From Macrostomum lignano (lineage: Eukaryota): DNA of 45,042 bases. Below, in pieces: positions 30,930 through 43,298 of the stretch. The stretch is taken from positions 1 to 45,042 of the forward strand of contig NIVC01004458.1 of assembly GCA_002269645.1 (NCBI GenBank), read 5' to 3'. Numbering within the stretch: the first letter of the stretch is position 1; the number at the start of each line of letters is the position of its first letter. The notes below the pieces were generated by a model. That model did not search any database and had not been told where the DNA came from. It worked only from the letters and a program-made list of their open reading frames with translations. The translations under genes and the position numbers were made by a program.

Positions 30930-31385
30930 TGAGGCTCAGAGTCTGTGTGATGTCAGTTCTGTATCTGTTGAGGCTCAGAGTCTGTGATGTCAGTTCTGTT
31001 ATCTGTTGAGGCTCAGAGTCTGTGTGATGTCAGTCAGTCAGGAGCTGTGAGTCTGATGAGGCTCAGAGTCTGTGTGATTTCAGTCAGTCAGGAGCTATAT
31101 GAGTCTGATGAGGCTCAGAGTCTGTGTAATGTCAGTCAGTCAGGAGCTGTGAGTCTAATGAGGCTCAAAGTCTGTGTGATGTCAGTCGCTGTGAGTCTGA
31201 TGAGGCTCAGAGTCTACGTGATGCCAGCTCTGAATCTGTGTGATGTTAACTATGAGTCCGTGTGTGATGTCAGCTCTGAGTCTGATGAGGCTCAGAGTCG
31301 ATGTCAGTCTGCAACTTGAACTGTGGTCTGGACTCTGATGAGGCTTAAAAACTGTGTGATCTCAGTCAGTCAGGAGTCATGAGAC
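30905..31385. repeat. Degenerate minisatellite, about 40-52 bp unit (TGATGAGGCTCAGAGTCTGTGTGATGTCAGTCAGTCAGGAGCTGTGAGTC)
   Basis: Read directly. The first unit overlaps the last codons and stop of the glycine-rich gene. Confidence 0.85.
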
Positions 31386-33065
31386 TAGCTCTGAAAATAC
31401 ATGTATATTGGTGGTTGGGTTCACGTTTATTAAGTCGTGTATTGTACGAAAGGTTCTCTTGTAAAAAATCAAAAGCGATTAAACTTCACACATGTAAAAG
31501 CATTTTTTAATCGAGCTGGCGCGCACGCAGTGGCAAATTTCATTTGAAAATACGAGCTACATGTACACTACATGCAGTATCACGCACAAATGCATGTACA
31601 GTGCAGTATACCTGCACTAGTTTTGCAATTCATACGCAGTGACATTACATGGACTACTTATTGTCGTTTCTACTTAAGTAGTCGCGGCCGTGTGACATCA
31701 TACTACAGCTGCATGTATTACCTGCAAAATACAGTTGATGAATTTCTCTAAGAATTAAACTTATAAGTTTAATATTTAAATAGTAATTCTGGCACTGTTA
31801 GGGAAACGAAAATTCTTTTTTATTGTCTTTGGTTTCTTTCGTTAAGTGAAACATTACAGGCCCAGAGATTAATACATGTACATATGTAACATGTACAATT
31901 GTACGTATCATATCAAAAAATGTAGCAAATCGTTAATTTTACAAAAAGTACATGTACTCGCTCTCTGCCCCTCATTAAGTTTATTGCTTCGTCACTGCTA
32001 GAAAAGGTAGGAAATTGGACACCCGTATAACCGTTTGGAAATTATAATGCCAAAAATGACTTGTGTATATCGTCCTTGGAAATTAAATGTTTTAGGATTT
32101 TGGGATTGAGAAAAACAAATTAGTTTCTTATCGTCTCACGCACTTTCTAAACGATTAACTAATAAGTAAAAATACGAGCTATTTTCCTGTTAAGCATATA
32201 TTTTTTGCTTTTCGAATGTATTCTCAAGTTATTTTCGTGTATTTTTTAAGCACCTGTCAACCTATTATTTTTTCCTTAAAACGTTGTGCTTACGTAAGCA
32301 TCTGTGATCTACCTGCGTATTTGTTGTCGTTCACTGAATCAATGAACTGAATTAAAAGTGATTTGTAGACTCCTGATTTGTATGTTTTCGTAATATTTGA
32401 GAAAAAATAAGCCGTCAGATTTTGACGCTACCTGATGTGCTTCCTGACAATATGTAGGTAGGTTTTAAGTAGTTATACTAGTAGTAACTAGCATCTCGGC
32501 CTAGGAATTTAAGTGTAGACTCTCAAGCTAGGCCTAATTTATTTTATTATCAATATCATAGGTCTGTCTATCATTTATCTTTTTCTTTATTTAAATTTAT
32601 TAGAACCCTGGCCTATGATATGAATCATAGGGGGGCCTAGGCCTACTCTTTCTTATAGATAGGGCCTAGGGGGCCTATGTCCTATTTCTATATTAATTTT
32701 TTGGCTAGGCCCTACGCCTATAATAATGAATAAGTTGATAGGAAAAAGATTTAGGGACAGCTTATATTTGTTTCCATGCTTTTTGGCGCTTGTGCTTTGT
32801 GGTGCCCAGCATTTCTGTATCCCAGATTGTTTTATGGTGCATGGTGCCCCAGTTTATGATGCCTAAATAATAAAATAATCTTATACCTTTTTTAGTTTGG
32901 GCTTCTACCACCTACAGTTTAAGTACCATAGTCCAGATTATGCTGAATGCATAGGGGGCCTATCCAAACAAAAAATCAAATAATTGCAAATGCATACCAA
33001 AAAAATTGAATGTATACATATTCTCAAAACTTTGCCAGTGTTGCAACAATAAATGACCTTTTGGA

Positions 33066-33593
33066 TATCCTTCAGTTTCGTTTGTTTAATTATTTTCAGA
33101 GTCTTGTATTATTTTTTACCCCTTTTTCAGCATGGCGGGTCGCCTATCTGGTCCAACGACGATTGTTGCGACACAAAATAAGACTATCAAATTATTTGGT
33201 AGCCCTGAAAAGGGCCGTTTTATCATTCAGGTACAATTACTGTACAGTGTACACTAGCCGCGAAGAGTGTTCAGGCAGGGTAGTAGTGGCTCACCCAGTA
33301 CAGGAAGTTGCCGAAGTGTTACCCGTCCGGGTACAGCCAGCGCCACAGGTATTCCTGCAGGTGGGACTCGAACAACGCGTCGCTTGTCCCGTGCATGGCC
33401 TGCAGCTTTGCCTTGGAGTGCGCCCAGGTGCCCTCGATGGTATTGGTGTGGACGGTTGGGTCCTGGTCATTGGCCTGACCTCAGCCAGTGGGACAATCGT
33501 CGTTGGAGCAGATAGGCGACCTGCCATGCTGAAAAAGGGGTAAAAAATAATATAAGACTTTGAAAATAATTAAACGAACGAAACTGAAGGATA
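33066..33593. repeat. 101-bp inverted repeat (arms 33066..33166 and 33493..33593)
   Basis: The arms are reverse complements with only a handful of mismatches, e.g. CAGCATGGCGGGTCGCCTATCTGGTCCAACGACGATTGT versus ACAATCGTCGTTGGAGCAGATAGGCGACCTGCCATGCTG. Confidence 0.9.
33271..33480 (-). pseudogene. Merlin/IS1016 (ISXO2-like) transposase C-terminal remnant
   Basis: QDPTVHTNTIEGTWAHSKAKLQAMHGTSDALFESHLQEYLWRWLYPDG*HFGNFLYWVSHYYPA* matches the DP..G.HTNTIE..W...K...G.....YL.E..WR...F..LL..I...YP pattern. One internal stop. Confidence 0.75.
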
Positions 33594-34739
33594 GCCGACC
33601 TTTTCTATATTGTGATAATAAATAACCCTTTTTTGAATTGTATAAAGTAACCTTTTTGGCAAATAATTTGGTTCATTTTTTTATTTAGCAATACCAATAG
33701 GCCATAAAGGCCTACTCTTTCTAATCAAAAATTTATACATGCCAAAATTTGTTTAAATGCTTTATTATAGGCTTGAAAACCTAGAAAGCTTTAAATTTAC
33801 ACCAAAAAAATAAGTTTTTTTCATATTTTTTCTACTTCATATTTTCTTAGAAGTGATACATACCAATTGTATATGCCTATTTTTGGCATGCAAGGCCAAT
33901 GTATGCCCAAAAATTTGGGCATATATTATATGATCCAGAGTATAGTATAAGTATGATTATTTTTCTACAAAATTTTGTTTCCTAATATAAGCAATATATT
34001 CTGTTAAACTAGTATCCTGGGCTGCCATTAACATTGATACAATGTTTTTTAATGGTTAAAAAAAGGTTGCTATTGGATATTAAAATAACATCATTTTTAG
34101 CCTGCCTTTTTAAGATTTTTAAACGTTAGTGGCCAATGTTGGGATTAGATTAAAAAATAACCATCTACCAACCTTTTTGCTACATGCCCCACTGACTACT
34201 TATAGACATAGCTCTATAGTTTCAGAAAATAATTAACAGAAGAGTCTTTTGCTTTTTTTAGCAAAAGAGATTGATTGTAATTCCATTTATTTAAAGTGGC
34301 ATAGTAAACTTATGGTTACGTCAATAATAGATGTTATAAAATGAAACTGGGCTTGTATAAATTTAGTAATATGTTTTGATGTATAATTTATTAAAAGCTA
34401 GCATACTTTAGTAGGAAAGATTAAAAGACTACATGAACACTTATAGAAAGATGCGCTCTTATGCGGGTGGGCCTGTAAAATTGAACCTCATTAATTAGTT
34501 GACCAAATTTTTGCAATAGCTAAAATAAGCTCATATGGGAAAGCAGTGCTTGCAAACATGCTTACTAAAAGTGGTTAAGAGTTTAATTGTTTTTGTTGTC
34601 AAATAAAAATTTGAGTTTCTGACCATTTCTGATAAAAGAATTAAAATGTTTTAATAGATAATTTTTGTATGAGCATAGCAAGTACAATATATTTTACAAG
34701 CTATTTGATATGGATGGTGGATGCTGTTTATGTTATATA

Positions 34740-36885
34740 AGTGGCTTAGTCTGCATACATTTCACATAGAAGATCCCCATCCTCCTCTGTGTCCATGTCA
34801 CCGTTCTCAGCAGAATCACTCGAAATTGTCAAACCTTCAGCAGCTGCGGAACCAGTCTGGTTTCCAACAAGCAGCAACCTTTCACTCTGCTTTCTGATTC
34901 AAGTGCCTGCGTGCCTTAGATGCTCGCCAACTGCGGCTTCAGCCATTATTTTTGTGCAGTCACGGAAGACGCCAGAAGCTGCAGCTAAAAATACAAGATT
35001 TTGAAATATATTTTAAGCAGTACCTTTGAAGGATACAACTGTGGAAGGCTAATCCTATTTAACTCAGCTCTGTCAACTCAATTTAATACAGCTATATAAT
35101 GTTGCAAATTGCACCAAACTGATTTATAGGAATCTTACTTACCATGGATAATAGGAAATAGACCAAGAGAGTCGAAGCTTCTCTTTGCGGCTCCTCGGCG
35201 AGTAGCCCCTTGCAGGCTAAACTGTGCTGCAAGCTGTCACAAAATGTTGGAAATCAGGTAATTTAGCCTCTTGCCCCCCAGAGAGCAAAATCGAACAATC
35301 TGAAAATGGATGATGGGGAATTATCTGCTGATTATACTGACTTTTATTACATGTGTGTAGTGCGTAATATCTAATTCAGGGCCTATATAAATTATTTTTT
35401 GCAGTATAAATGTAAGACTGTTCTCTGTTATTAGCGTTACTACTTTAATCAGTAATAAGTATCGACATCGAGTGACGTCCTTTGTTCACTCACTGTGGCT
35501 TTTTCGGCCTTCTTATCTCCCTTCACAGCCAAAATCTAGCTCTCAAGGGCTGCAAAGTCACTGAATGGCAATGCTTCAAATAGCTGACGGTAGTCACAGC
35601 TGTCGGTGTTGTTCTCGTGTGGATTAGTTAGATGAGCCATTGTCTTGTTCTCCAGATCTGTTAATGCAGCTGTCACTGATGTATGCTAAGCCCAAACTAC
35701 ATCTGTGCAGTAGAATGATACAGTATATTATATAGAATTAGTAGCATATTGCATTATTGCAGTTCAGCATAAGAAGTCGAAATCAAGTAAGAAAGTACAA
35801 GTATATATTTACTTTGATTCAGGGGTTGCAGAGCTAGATTTTTTTAAGAGGGGGGAGGGCATTTTTCTTTTTAATCAAGGATTTTTTTTCTCTTTCAATT
35901 GAATAATTAGGCTTAGGGACTTTAATTTTAATGCTAAATTCACATGTAGTCACTCTCAAGCTGCTTAATAGCTGCTGTGAGCTTGTCTACTTTAGCGCAC
36001 AAATTAGACGCAGAGACGCTATCATTTGGCTGCATTTGTCTAAACGCAAGAACGTTGGGCTCCCTGTTATGAGCTGCCGGTGTTGATGCGACAGTCAGTA
36101 TAGGTGTGCCAAAAATGTTGGTCCCAGTAGCTGCCAACATGCTGGAATGATCAGCCGCTGCTGCTGCTCCTGTCAACTTGGAAGTTTGCGATTGCACTGG
36201 CATCTCTGGTGATGGTGAATTTCTGATTGGCAGAATCGGTGGTGGAAAGCTTTCCTTTTGCTGTTGTTTCCTGCGACTTTGAGTCGTGTCATCAGGCCCA
36301 TGATCCGTCCGTCTGTCTCATCGATGAAGCATGCTACTGGCTGCCGAGACTGTGGAGCATCAGAGTCACTAGTCTCTATAGTGCCTCTCCTTGCGAATCG
36401 CTTTCAAAATTCAAAAGCTTCCTTCTGAGAGTCTGCAGCAGTGAAGATCAAAGAGAAATGATTTTATTTGGCACTTTAGCCTTCATTCATTTTGATTTGA
36501 TACAATGTATTGTGATAATTCATGCCCACGTATTAAGACACATGCTTTATGTGTCTTAGAATTGGGATTGGGTATTGTATATTTACAAAGTTAACGTTAA
36601 AGCTAAACACAGGCGTTTAAAAACTGCAATATAATTCCTCAAATATTGAAAATAATACTTATATTAACTATTCAATTGAATTTTCTTATCCCAAGATCTA
36701 ACTATATCCACTGTCTTGAATGACCACTTGTCACTCGTCATCTTCTTGCCATTTATGGCTTGCTTATAGTCCAATACTGGTGGCCAGCAAACAAGATTTG
36801 GGTTCTTGAACCACGTGTTTAGAGTCAACTCTATGCTGCCATTGTCAAAAATGACCAGCACAAATTTTTTCTCCAAATGGGACAT
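34740..36885 (-). pseudogene. Decayed multi-exon gene resembling DUF4806-type DNA-transposon accessory proteins
   Basis: N-terminal FVLVIFDNGSIELTLNTWFKNPNLVCWPP..W. Exon at about 35145-35240: QLAAQFSLQGATRRGAAKRSFDSLGLFPIIH (donor GTAAGT). Exon from about 34986: AASGVFRDCTKIMAEAAVGEHLRHAGT*. Several in-frame stops. The family call is from remembered motif patterns. Confidence 0.45.
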
Positions 36886-37931
36886 TTTCGGATGATTAGG
36901 CTATTCTTAATTCTATGAAATAAAATGGAGCTAGGATGACACCTAAAGCACTTAAACTAGATTTGATGAGAATATTCTAATGACAAAAGACAAAGTCAAT
37001 ATGATTAAGACAGCTAGCTGAAGCAAAATATACAAACAGTTTTCTTTTTACTCATTTACCACAGTTTGCATATTGGCTTTAAAGTATATTTCCATCAGTC
37101 TTCACTCCTCAGTCAACCAATTAAAATGAAGCAGCCCCCGGAATGAGGCCTCACCGCCTGGCCAATTGAACATTGCATATTGGACAAGCAAAATTGTACT
37201 GAAATTGTATCTTTCAGCAGCGGCAGATCCAGGGTTTTTGCTTAGGGGCTGAGAATTACATGTGAGGGTGCCGCCTTTTGTCAGGCAGGGGCGCCTGGCG
37301 CCGCATCAGGTTAGAACCTATGCGATGAACGCCATTTTTAGCGCTTGTAGCACCTTTTGGCGCCTGTGACCCTTTCTAGGACAACGGAGCAACCTCCTGT
37401 GACAGGGCGCCCACCTAAGACAGGCGCTGTTCGATTTGGGTGGCGGGGGACAACTGGGCGGGTCAATAGGCCATGTGAATGAAGTGAGCAGTCGCTCAAA
37501 CTCTTTCGTTCCTTCGTTATATGAGTGATTCGCTCATCGTATTGCAGATCATTGTTGGTAAAATAAATAGGACAAAGTCATATCTTCTTTAAGGAACCAA
37601 AATTTTTTTTAGAAACTATAAAGCTAAGACTTGGGGCTTGGGGAAACCTGGAGAGCCAGTAATTTATGACGGGGAGACATTTAGTTTCTTTTACTTCCTT
37701 AGTCGTTTATCCTTTCATTGACAGGAAGGAAGAAAAATTACTTGTAAAATTTGTAACCTTCTTATGCCATGACTTCAATCTATCTGATTTCATCAAACCA
37801 TCCAGACTTCATAGATCCCATGTCGTCATATTTTATCTGCCATGTTTCTATTTCTTCTGATTTGAAATGCCTATTAGTGCTTATTATGCGCTATGATATT
37901 TTTTCCAATTTTTATATAGCTTTTATTCCAC

Positions 37932-39310
37932 GGCGCGTTGACTATGGCGGCGAAGAACTCGCGCATCTCGTTCCTGCGCTCATCCGGAGTGTCGCCTGCC
38001 AGGTTGAGCACGATGCGACGCTTTCGCCCCGTCAGAGTGTTGATGACGGACCAGGCCACGCGCTCTCTGGCATTGGGCCCTGCGGCAGAGACGGCTTGGA
38101 TGGCGTCATCGACAGCGGACTGCTGCCGCTGCAGGTAGACAGCCGCCAGAGCCTCCTCCGCCTCGCGAGTTTGCCGCCCACTCAGACGGAGCCTCTCCAG
38201 ATCTTCCCTCGCTTCGTCGATCGCGGGGTCGTCCTGCCACCGGCTGCCCGCGCTGGGCCGGTCGCATCAGCGGGACTGCTTGCTCCGCAGCGGCTCGAAC
38301 TGCAGCGCTCACCTCCGCGTACTCGGCTCCTCCACGCTTGTCGCCCAGCGCAGTGACAAAGGCACCGGCAAAGCGACGTCGCGTCTCGGCGTCCCTGAGC
38401 GCGCGGTAGTAGCGCCGCGGTGGCCGCTTTGGCGGACGGTAGAGCGGGTCCCGAAGCCGAAGGTCGCAGATGAGCAGCCGATGGTCGGACCGCAGAGCCA
38501 GCGGCGTAATGGTGCGGCAGTTGGTGACGCGGCGGCTCACACGAAAGCGCACAAGCACGTGGTCGAGCTGTGCCAGCCTCCGCGTAGCGTTCCGGCCGCG
38601 CGCGTTCCGCCGCCTCCGCTTGCAGCCCACGAAGGTCGCGAGCCTGCCCGGTGACTTGCGGAATCTGGTGTTGGCCGACACCATGTCCTGTCTCTCCAGG
38701 AAGTCCTCTAGCGCTCCGGTGTTGCCGTTCTCGCGCGCTGTCGAACAGCGATCGCTCGGACCTACGCAGAACTGCGTTCAGGTCTCCGAGAATGACCACT
38801 GTGTCACGTTGCGCCATCTCCTCCACCCGCACCGAGAGTTGCTCGAAGAAGGCCTGAGCCTCATCGGAGCGGGTAGCAGGCGGCGCGTACGCGCAGAACA
38901 GGCGGGCGTTCCGGCCGCGAAGCCGGACGTCGACCCGAAGCAGCCGAGAAGACAGGGCGACGCAGCGACAGCTCTGCTGCAGCCTCGGTCCGATCAGCGC
39001 TCAACTCCTCCACGGCCTCGCTCATCCGCTGAGGTGTACCAGAGTGTCCACCCGGCGCCCAGGTCCTCACAGTGAAGTCCGGGGTCGGCTCTGATAGACA
39101 CCTCCTGTAGTGCGATGACATCACAGCTGAGGTCGAGCGCTAGCCTCGCCAGCAGCCCTCTCCGCCATGTGGCCTTGAGAGTGCGGCAGTTCAGCGTCCC
39201 GACCCGAAGCGTGCCCTCTGGTACGGCTGGGGCTCGATGCTGGTGAGCCTCATGGTCCCCGGCGCCACCCGGAAGATCCAATTGGGCCAGCGCAGCAGCA
39301 GCTCGGCGGG
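37932..39310 (-). pseudogene. RTE apurinic endonuclease domain and linker (frameshifted)
   Basis: LRVGTLNCRTL, DVIALQEV, VVILGDLNA, QLDHVLVR, LRSDHRLL, AWSVINTLTGRK. Confidence 0.88.
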
Positions 39311-39315
39311 CGGCG

Positions 39316-40494
39316 CCTGAGCAGAACGGATTCCGGCCCCATCGCGGCACAGTGACGCAGATCCTGGCTCTTCGGCGAGTCATCGAGGAGGCGCGCATCC
39401 GCCAGTTGACCCTGATCCTGATCTTCGTCGATTTCAGGAAGGCCTTCGACTCGGTCGTGAGGGACGCGCTCCCAGAGGTGCTCCGTGCGTACAACGTGCC
39501 AGAGCTGCTGATTTCTGCTGTCATGGCGCTGTACCACGGCACGACGGCTGCTGTCTCAACACCGGACGGCCTATCGGATTTCTTCGAGACATCCTCCGGG
39601 GTGCTCCAGGGAGATACGCTAGCGCCGTTCCTATTTATTCTGGTGCTTGACTGGGTGCTACGGACTGCTCTGCCTTCCAACGACGACGGCTTCCTGCTGC
39701 GGCGACGCGTGGTCGACGCCAAGCGGAGAGACGGCTCAGCGTGCTTGGCTACGCCGATGACCTCGCCCTGCTGTCCTCGACCGTCGAGGGCGCCCAACGA
39801 CAGCTGGATAGGCTGGTTGCCGTTGCGGCGAGCGTCGGCCTGGTGGTCAACACGCAGAAGACCGTCGTGCTATGCGTGCCGGACGACACCGAGGCTGCAA
39901 TCTTCTGCCGAGGCGCTGACGGACAGGCGAGTGAGCTTCCAAGATGTCAGCAGTTCGTCTACCTCGGCGGTCTGGTTCCCACGTCCGCGAGGATCTGCGG
40001 CGTCGCCGAGGACTTGCCTGGGCTGCCTTTCGTTCTATAAGGTCATTCCTGCAGTCCGAGGCCCTACCGGACCGCCAGAGGGCGGCGCTGTTCCAGGCGG
40101 TGATCGAGACCGTCCTGTTATACAACGCCGAGACCTGGACGCTGACAGACTCGCTCGAGGCTCAAGTCGCGCACGCTGGCCTGCTGCGCGCCGCCTTCAA
40201 AATCGGCAACGAGCGAGTCACCAACACGGCGCTCTATCATCGCGCCGGCCTGGCCCGTCCTAGCGATTGCTGCGCCGTCGGCGACTCCAGCTGGCAGGCC
40301 ACGTCATCCGCGCCGAGGCCTACTGTCCGGAGCCGGTGCAGGAGGTGCTGCTACTTACGTTGCAGGCACCCTACCGGCGGGGACAGGCGAGGACTCGGCG
40401 CTACGTCGACTGTCTGCTGGCTGACGCCGGCGCCCCGGACTCTGCCGGCGGTGCGGCCTTTGTTCGCGCCCAAGCTTCGAAGCGCGCCATCTGA
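39316..40494 (+). pseudogene. RTE reverse transcriptase C-terminal part (frameshifted)
   Basis: EQNGFRPHRGT, FVDFRKAFDSV, GVLQGDTLAPFLF, LGYADD, FVYLG, VLLYNAETWTL, RRRRLQLAGHVIR. Confidence 0.9.
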
Positions 40495-40934
40495 CGCTGC
40501 TTTTGCGAACTGACAGCGTACTCTGTTCTGTTGTTGTTGTTATTCCACTAATTTCTATGCTAAAATATTTTAGCTTTTAACCTATATCTATTAATAAAAA
40601 AACAAATATAGCTAGAATGGCCAAGGCTTTGCAAGGTTATTGATAAAGTTAGCTCTATGCCTTAAAATGTGCATTAGTGACAAAAACATTTTAGATTTTT
40701 GCTATTTTTTCTATTCTCTTTAATTCTTTTTTTCCTATAGAAAAAATGGAGTATTTTAAGTTGTTTATTGTTTATTGACTATTTAAGACAACAAAGCTAA
40801 CTTATTCAAAAAATATAAAAATAAGAATTTTGTCAGAATTTCAATTATATCTAAATAAAGAAGATGAATAAAAAATAGAAAAAAAGTTTATTATATTGGC
40901 TTTGCATTTTATAATGACTTCTTATGTTAACATA

Positions 40935-41115
40935 AGCCTTTTTGACTGTTCTCTCCTTTTCTTTTCCTTTTTGTCTGCCCTCTCCTTTTGCTTTTCTATG
41001 CCCCCTTTTCTCTCCTCTCCCCTTTCTCTTCCCCTCCTCCCTCTTCTTCCCCTATCTTCTCTTCTCCTTCTTTCTTTGTGTTCTTTCCTCTTTGCCATCT
41101 CTCTCTTCAAATATC
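40935..41115. repeat. CT-rich low-complexity tract
   Basis: Read directly. Confidence 0.75.
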
Positions 41116-42090
41116 TCTTTTTATAATGTTTGAGTGATTAAAGTAATAAAATATGCAATTCTTGCTGAGATATTCTGTGAGAGCAATGGCTTGCTTATCA
41201 ATGGGTTTTCAATAAGCCTCATTTGCCTTCTTCCAATCTGATCTCATTGTGGACATGGCATTAAAAATCTTTGTTGCTTAGAAACTGGCAATATTCATTT
41301 ATCAAAAAGCTTCCCTTATATTAAAAGTGAAAATTATCTTAACTTTAGCCTCCCTCCCATTTTAACCCCAAAGAGCATGTAGTGTTAAAATTTTCTGTCT
41401 GTTGCTTGAGTCCCCAATTCTAAGGGTTTAAGAGCTCCTCTCTCATTGAAAGTGAAAACATTCAATCTTAAATTTAGCCTCTACTATCCAAACTTTATCC
41501 TAGTTCCTAACTCTAGGGACTAGAAGCTCCCATTGAAAGTGAAAACATTACCTTTTAGCCCCTACCACCCAACCACAAGGGGGACATGACATTGAAAATC
41601 TCCATTGCTTGAGTTCTAAATCCTAGAGATTAAGAGTTCCCCTTACTTGGAAACTGGCAATATTCATTTATTTCTACTATCCTACTCCCATCAACTGAAC
41701 AGCTTCAATGGTCTTTTAAGTGTCAGTTGAGTGGTATTTCTAGATATGGGAAATATGTGTTCTTTTAACTGTATACATATGCTTTGCCAAAAACTTCTAA
41801 AAAGTATCCATAACTTTTATAGCCATATCTGTAGCTAAAGTGGAATTCTAATTCTACCTATGTAGTTGCATTGCGAAGTTATTCATTTTCATTATTTATT
41901 AATTCATTCTTAGAGTTAAATTAACGAAGCTGTATGCTTACCTCATCTTCAACATTGCTAAGCACTACAAGCTGTTTTTCTATTATACTTAATTTTCAGT
42001 GTTCTAAGTGAATATTAATTTAGATTTTTACTAACAGTAAGAATTAAATAGGATCCTATTCTGTAACAATTTATTAAAATATCTGTTTTC

Positions 42091-43262
42091 ATGCCGCCGC
42101 TAGCAAGTACGCAGGCCCTTCGTAGGCACCCGACAATGCACGCAGCAGCAGCGGTTGCTTCAGCCGCCTCTGTTACTTCTGAGGCCATGCCAGCTGCTAG
42201 CGGTTCTCCATTATCTAGCGAGCAGTGGCCTAGTAGTTACCAGGGTAACCATAGCAACAGCGGCAGCAGTTCCCCAGCCTCCATCAGCCTGCTGCACCAG
42301 CAGTCTCGCAAGCGCCGTCGCACCGGCGGCCCGCTATCGTCGCCAACAGCTAGTAATCATAATTCAAAGCTGCCATTTCATCTGCCACTGCCGATGGTAA
42401 AGAAAGAGAAATCGATCAGTCTAGTTGCCATGGAGACGGCTAGTACAAGCGAGTCTGTGTCGGATGCTTCTATGCGAATGGCAGCGGCGCAGACCAGAGC
42501 AGTCACGCCGGCGCCACGGCAAAGAGCTGTTTGTACTGTCGCTGGCTGTGATTCTGTCGCTAACTGGAGGCGGCGGCCAAGCACCCTGGATGAGTTCTCC
42601 GCTGCTAGCCACCGTTGCCAGGCGTTGCCAAGGACGCCGCTATGCTGCCGCAGCTGCCTCATGACCTGGCTCTAATTGCGGCCTAAGCAGCAAATCGACC
42701 GCATCTCCGATTGGCTGGCCGCTAATCTCTGGCTCTGCGTCAGCAGCAGGCGCTTATCCCAGCACCATTGTGGGCTGGTCGCCGTCACTTCGACTAACTC
42801 AATGTGGAACGATCAGGACACGGTTGCTTTGGCATTCTATCAACAGCCGGATTCGAAAGATTTAATGCTAGGAGCGCGTGCAGCTGCCGGAGTGTCTGTG
42901 TTACCGAAACCGCTGACTACTATGAGTAGTAGCAGCAACGGCAGTCAGAGTCCGCCGCAATCGACCACATCTTCATCTCTGTGGTGGCAGGCTGGTTTAG
43001 AATCCGACGCTAACAATGGAGAACGAGCATCTGAGCGAGTCGGAGTTGCAAATCAATGCCGAATTGGATCAGCTGTTTCCGCTTGGCGAGTTGGATCAGC
43101 TGGGATTTGAATCCCGATAGTTTTATGGGGTTGTTGAACGAACCTGCCGTTGACATTTGGCGCGGCTGGGACGGACAGCGAAGGTCAAATGATGTCAGCA
43201 ATGCTGATGCCGCCAAAGTCTGAGGACGGCGACCAATCGAAGGATTTAAAACTGAGGAGTGT
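42091..43262 (+). pseudogene. GC-rich coding-like segment with in-frame TAA (42673) and further frameshifts; probable upstream exon of the CNC-bZIP gene
   Basis: The 194-aa and 144-aa ORFs are in the same frame, separated by one stop. An acidic NEHLSESELQINAELDQLFPLGELDQLG stretch lies in another frame. Strong donor GT|GTAAGT at 43263. Linkage to the bZIP exon is inferred. Confidence 0.45.
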
Positions 43263-43298
43263 GTAAGTTGGTTTGGGTGCCACTTTTAGGGTAGGGGC

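Larger units (their letters stand above)
37932..40539 (+). mobile_element. RTE-clade LINE with inverted 5' segment, 9-bp TSD TTATTCCAC
   Basis: The APE-encoding segment is on the minus strand (about 39310 to 37932). The RT and 3' end are on the plus strand (about 39316 to 40539), ending in a TTCTG/(TTG)n tail. TSD copies lie at 37923..37931 and 40540..40548. Confidence 0.85.

Noticed and set aside
33010-33543. 177-aa plus-strand ORF as a gene
   Set aside because: It is the antisense shadow of the Merlin-like remnant plus AT-rich arm sequence.
37215-37460. GC-rich MITE-like patches (also about 25110-25335, 32500-32960 and 35820-35860)
   Set aside because: They look like small non-autonomous elements, but I could not define paired ends or TSDs from one copy.
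38994-39797. 267-aa minus-strand ORF as one protein
   Set aside because: It crosses the inversion junction. Its first part is antisense RT, and only the part below about 39310 is real endonuclease sequence.
41250-41700. Short dispersed direct repeats (AGAAACTGGCAATATTCATTTA; CATTGAAAGTGAAAACATT)
   Set aside because: Only two or three degenerate copies with no termini or coding signal; probably an old decayed duplication.
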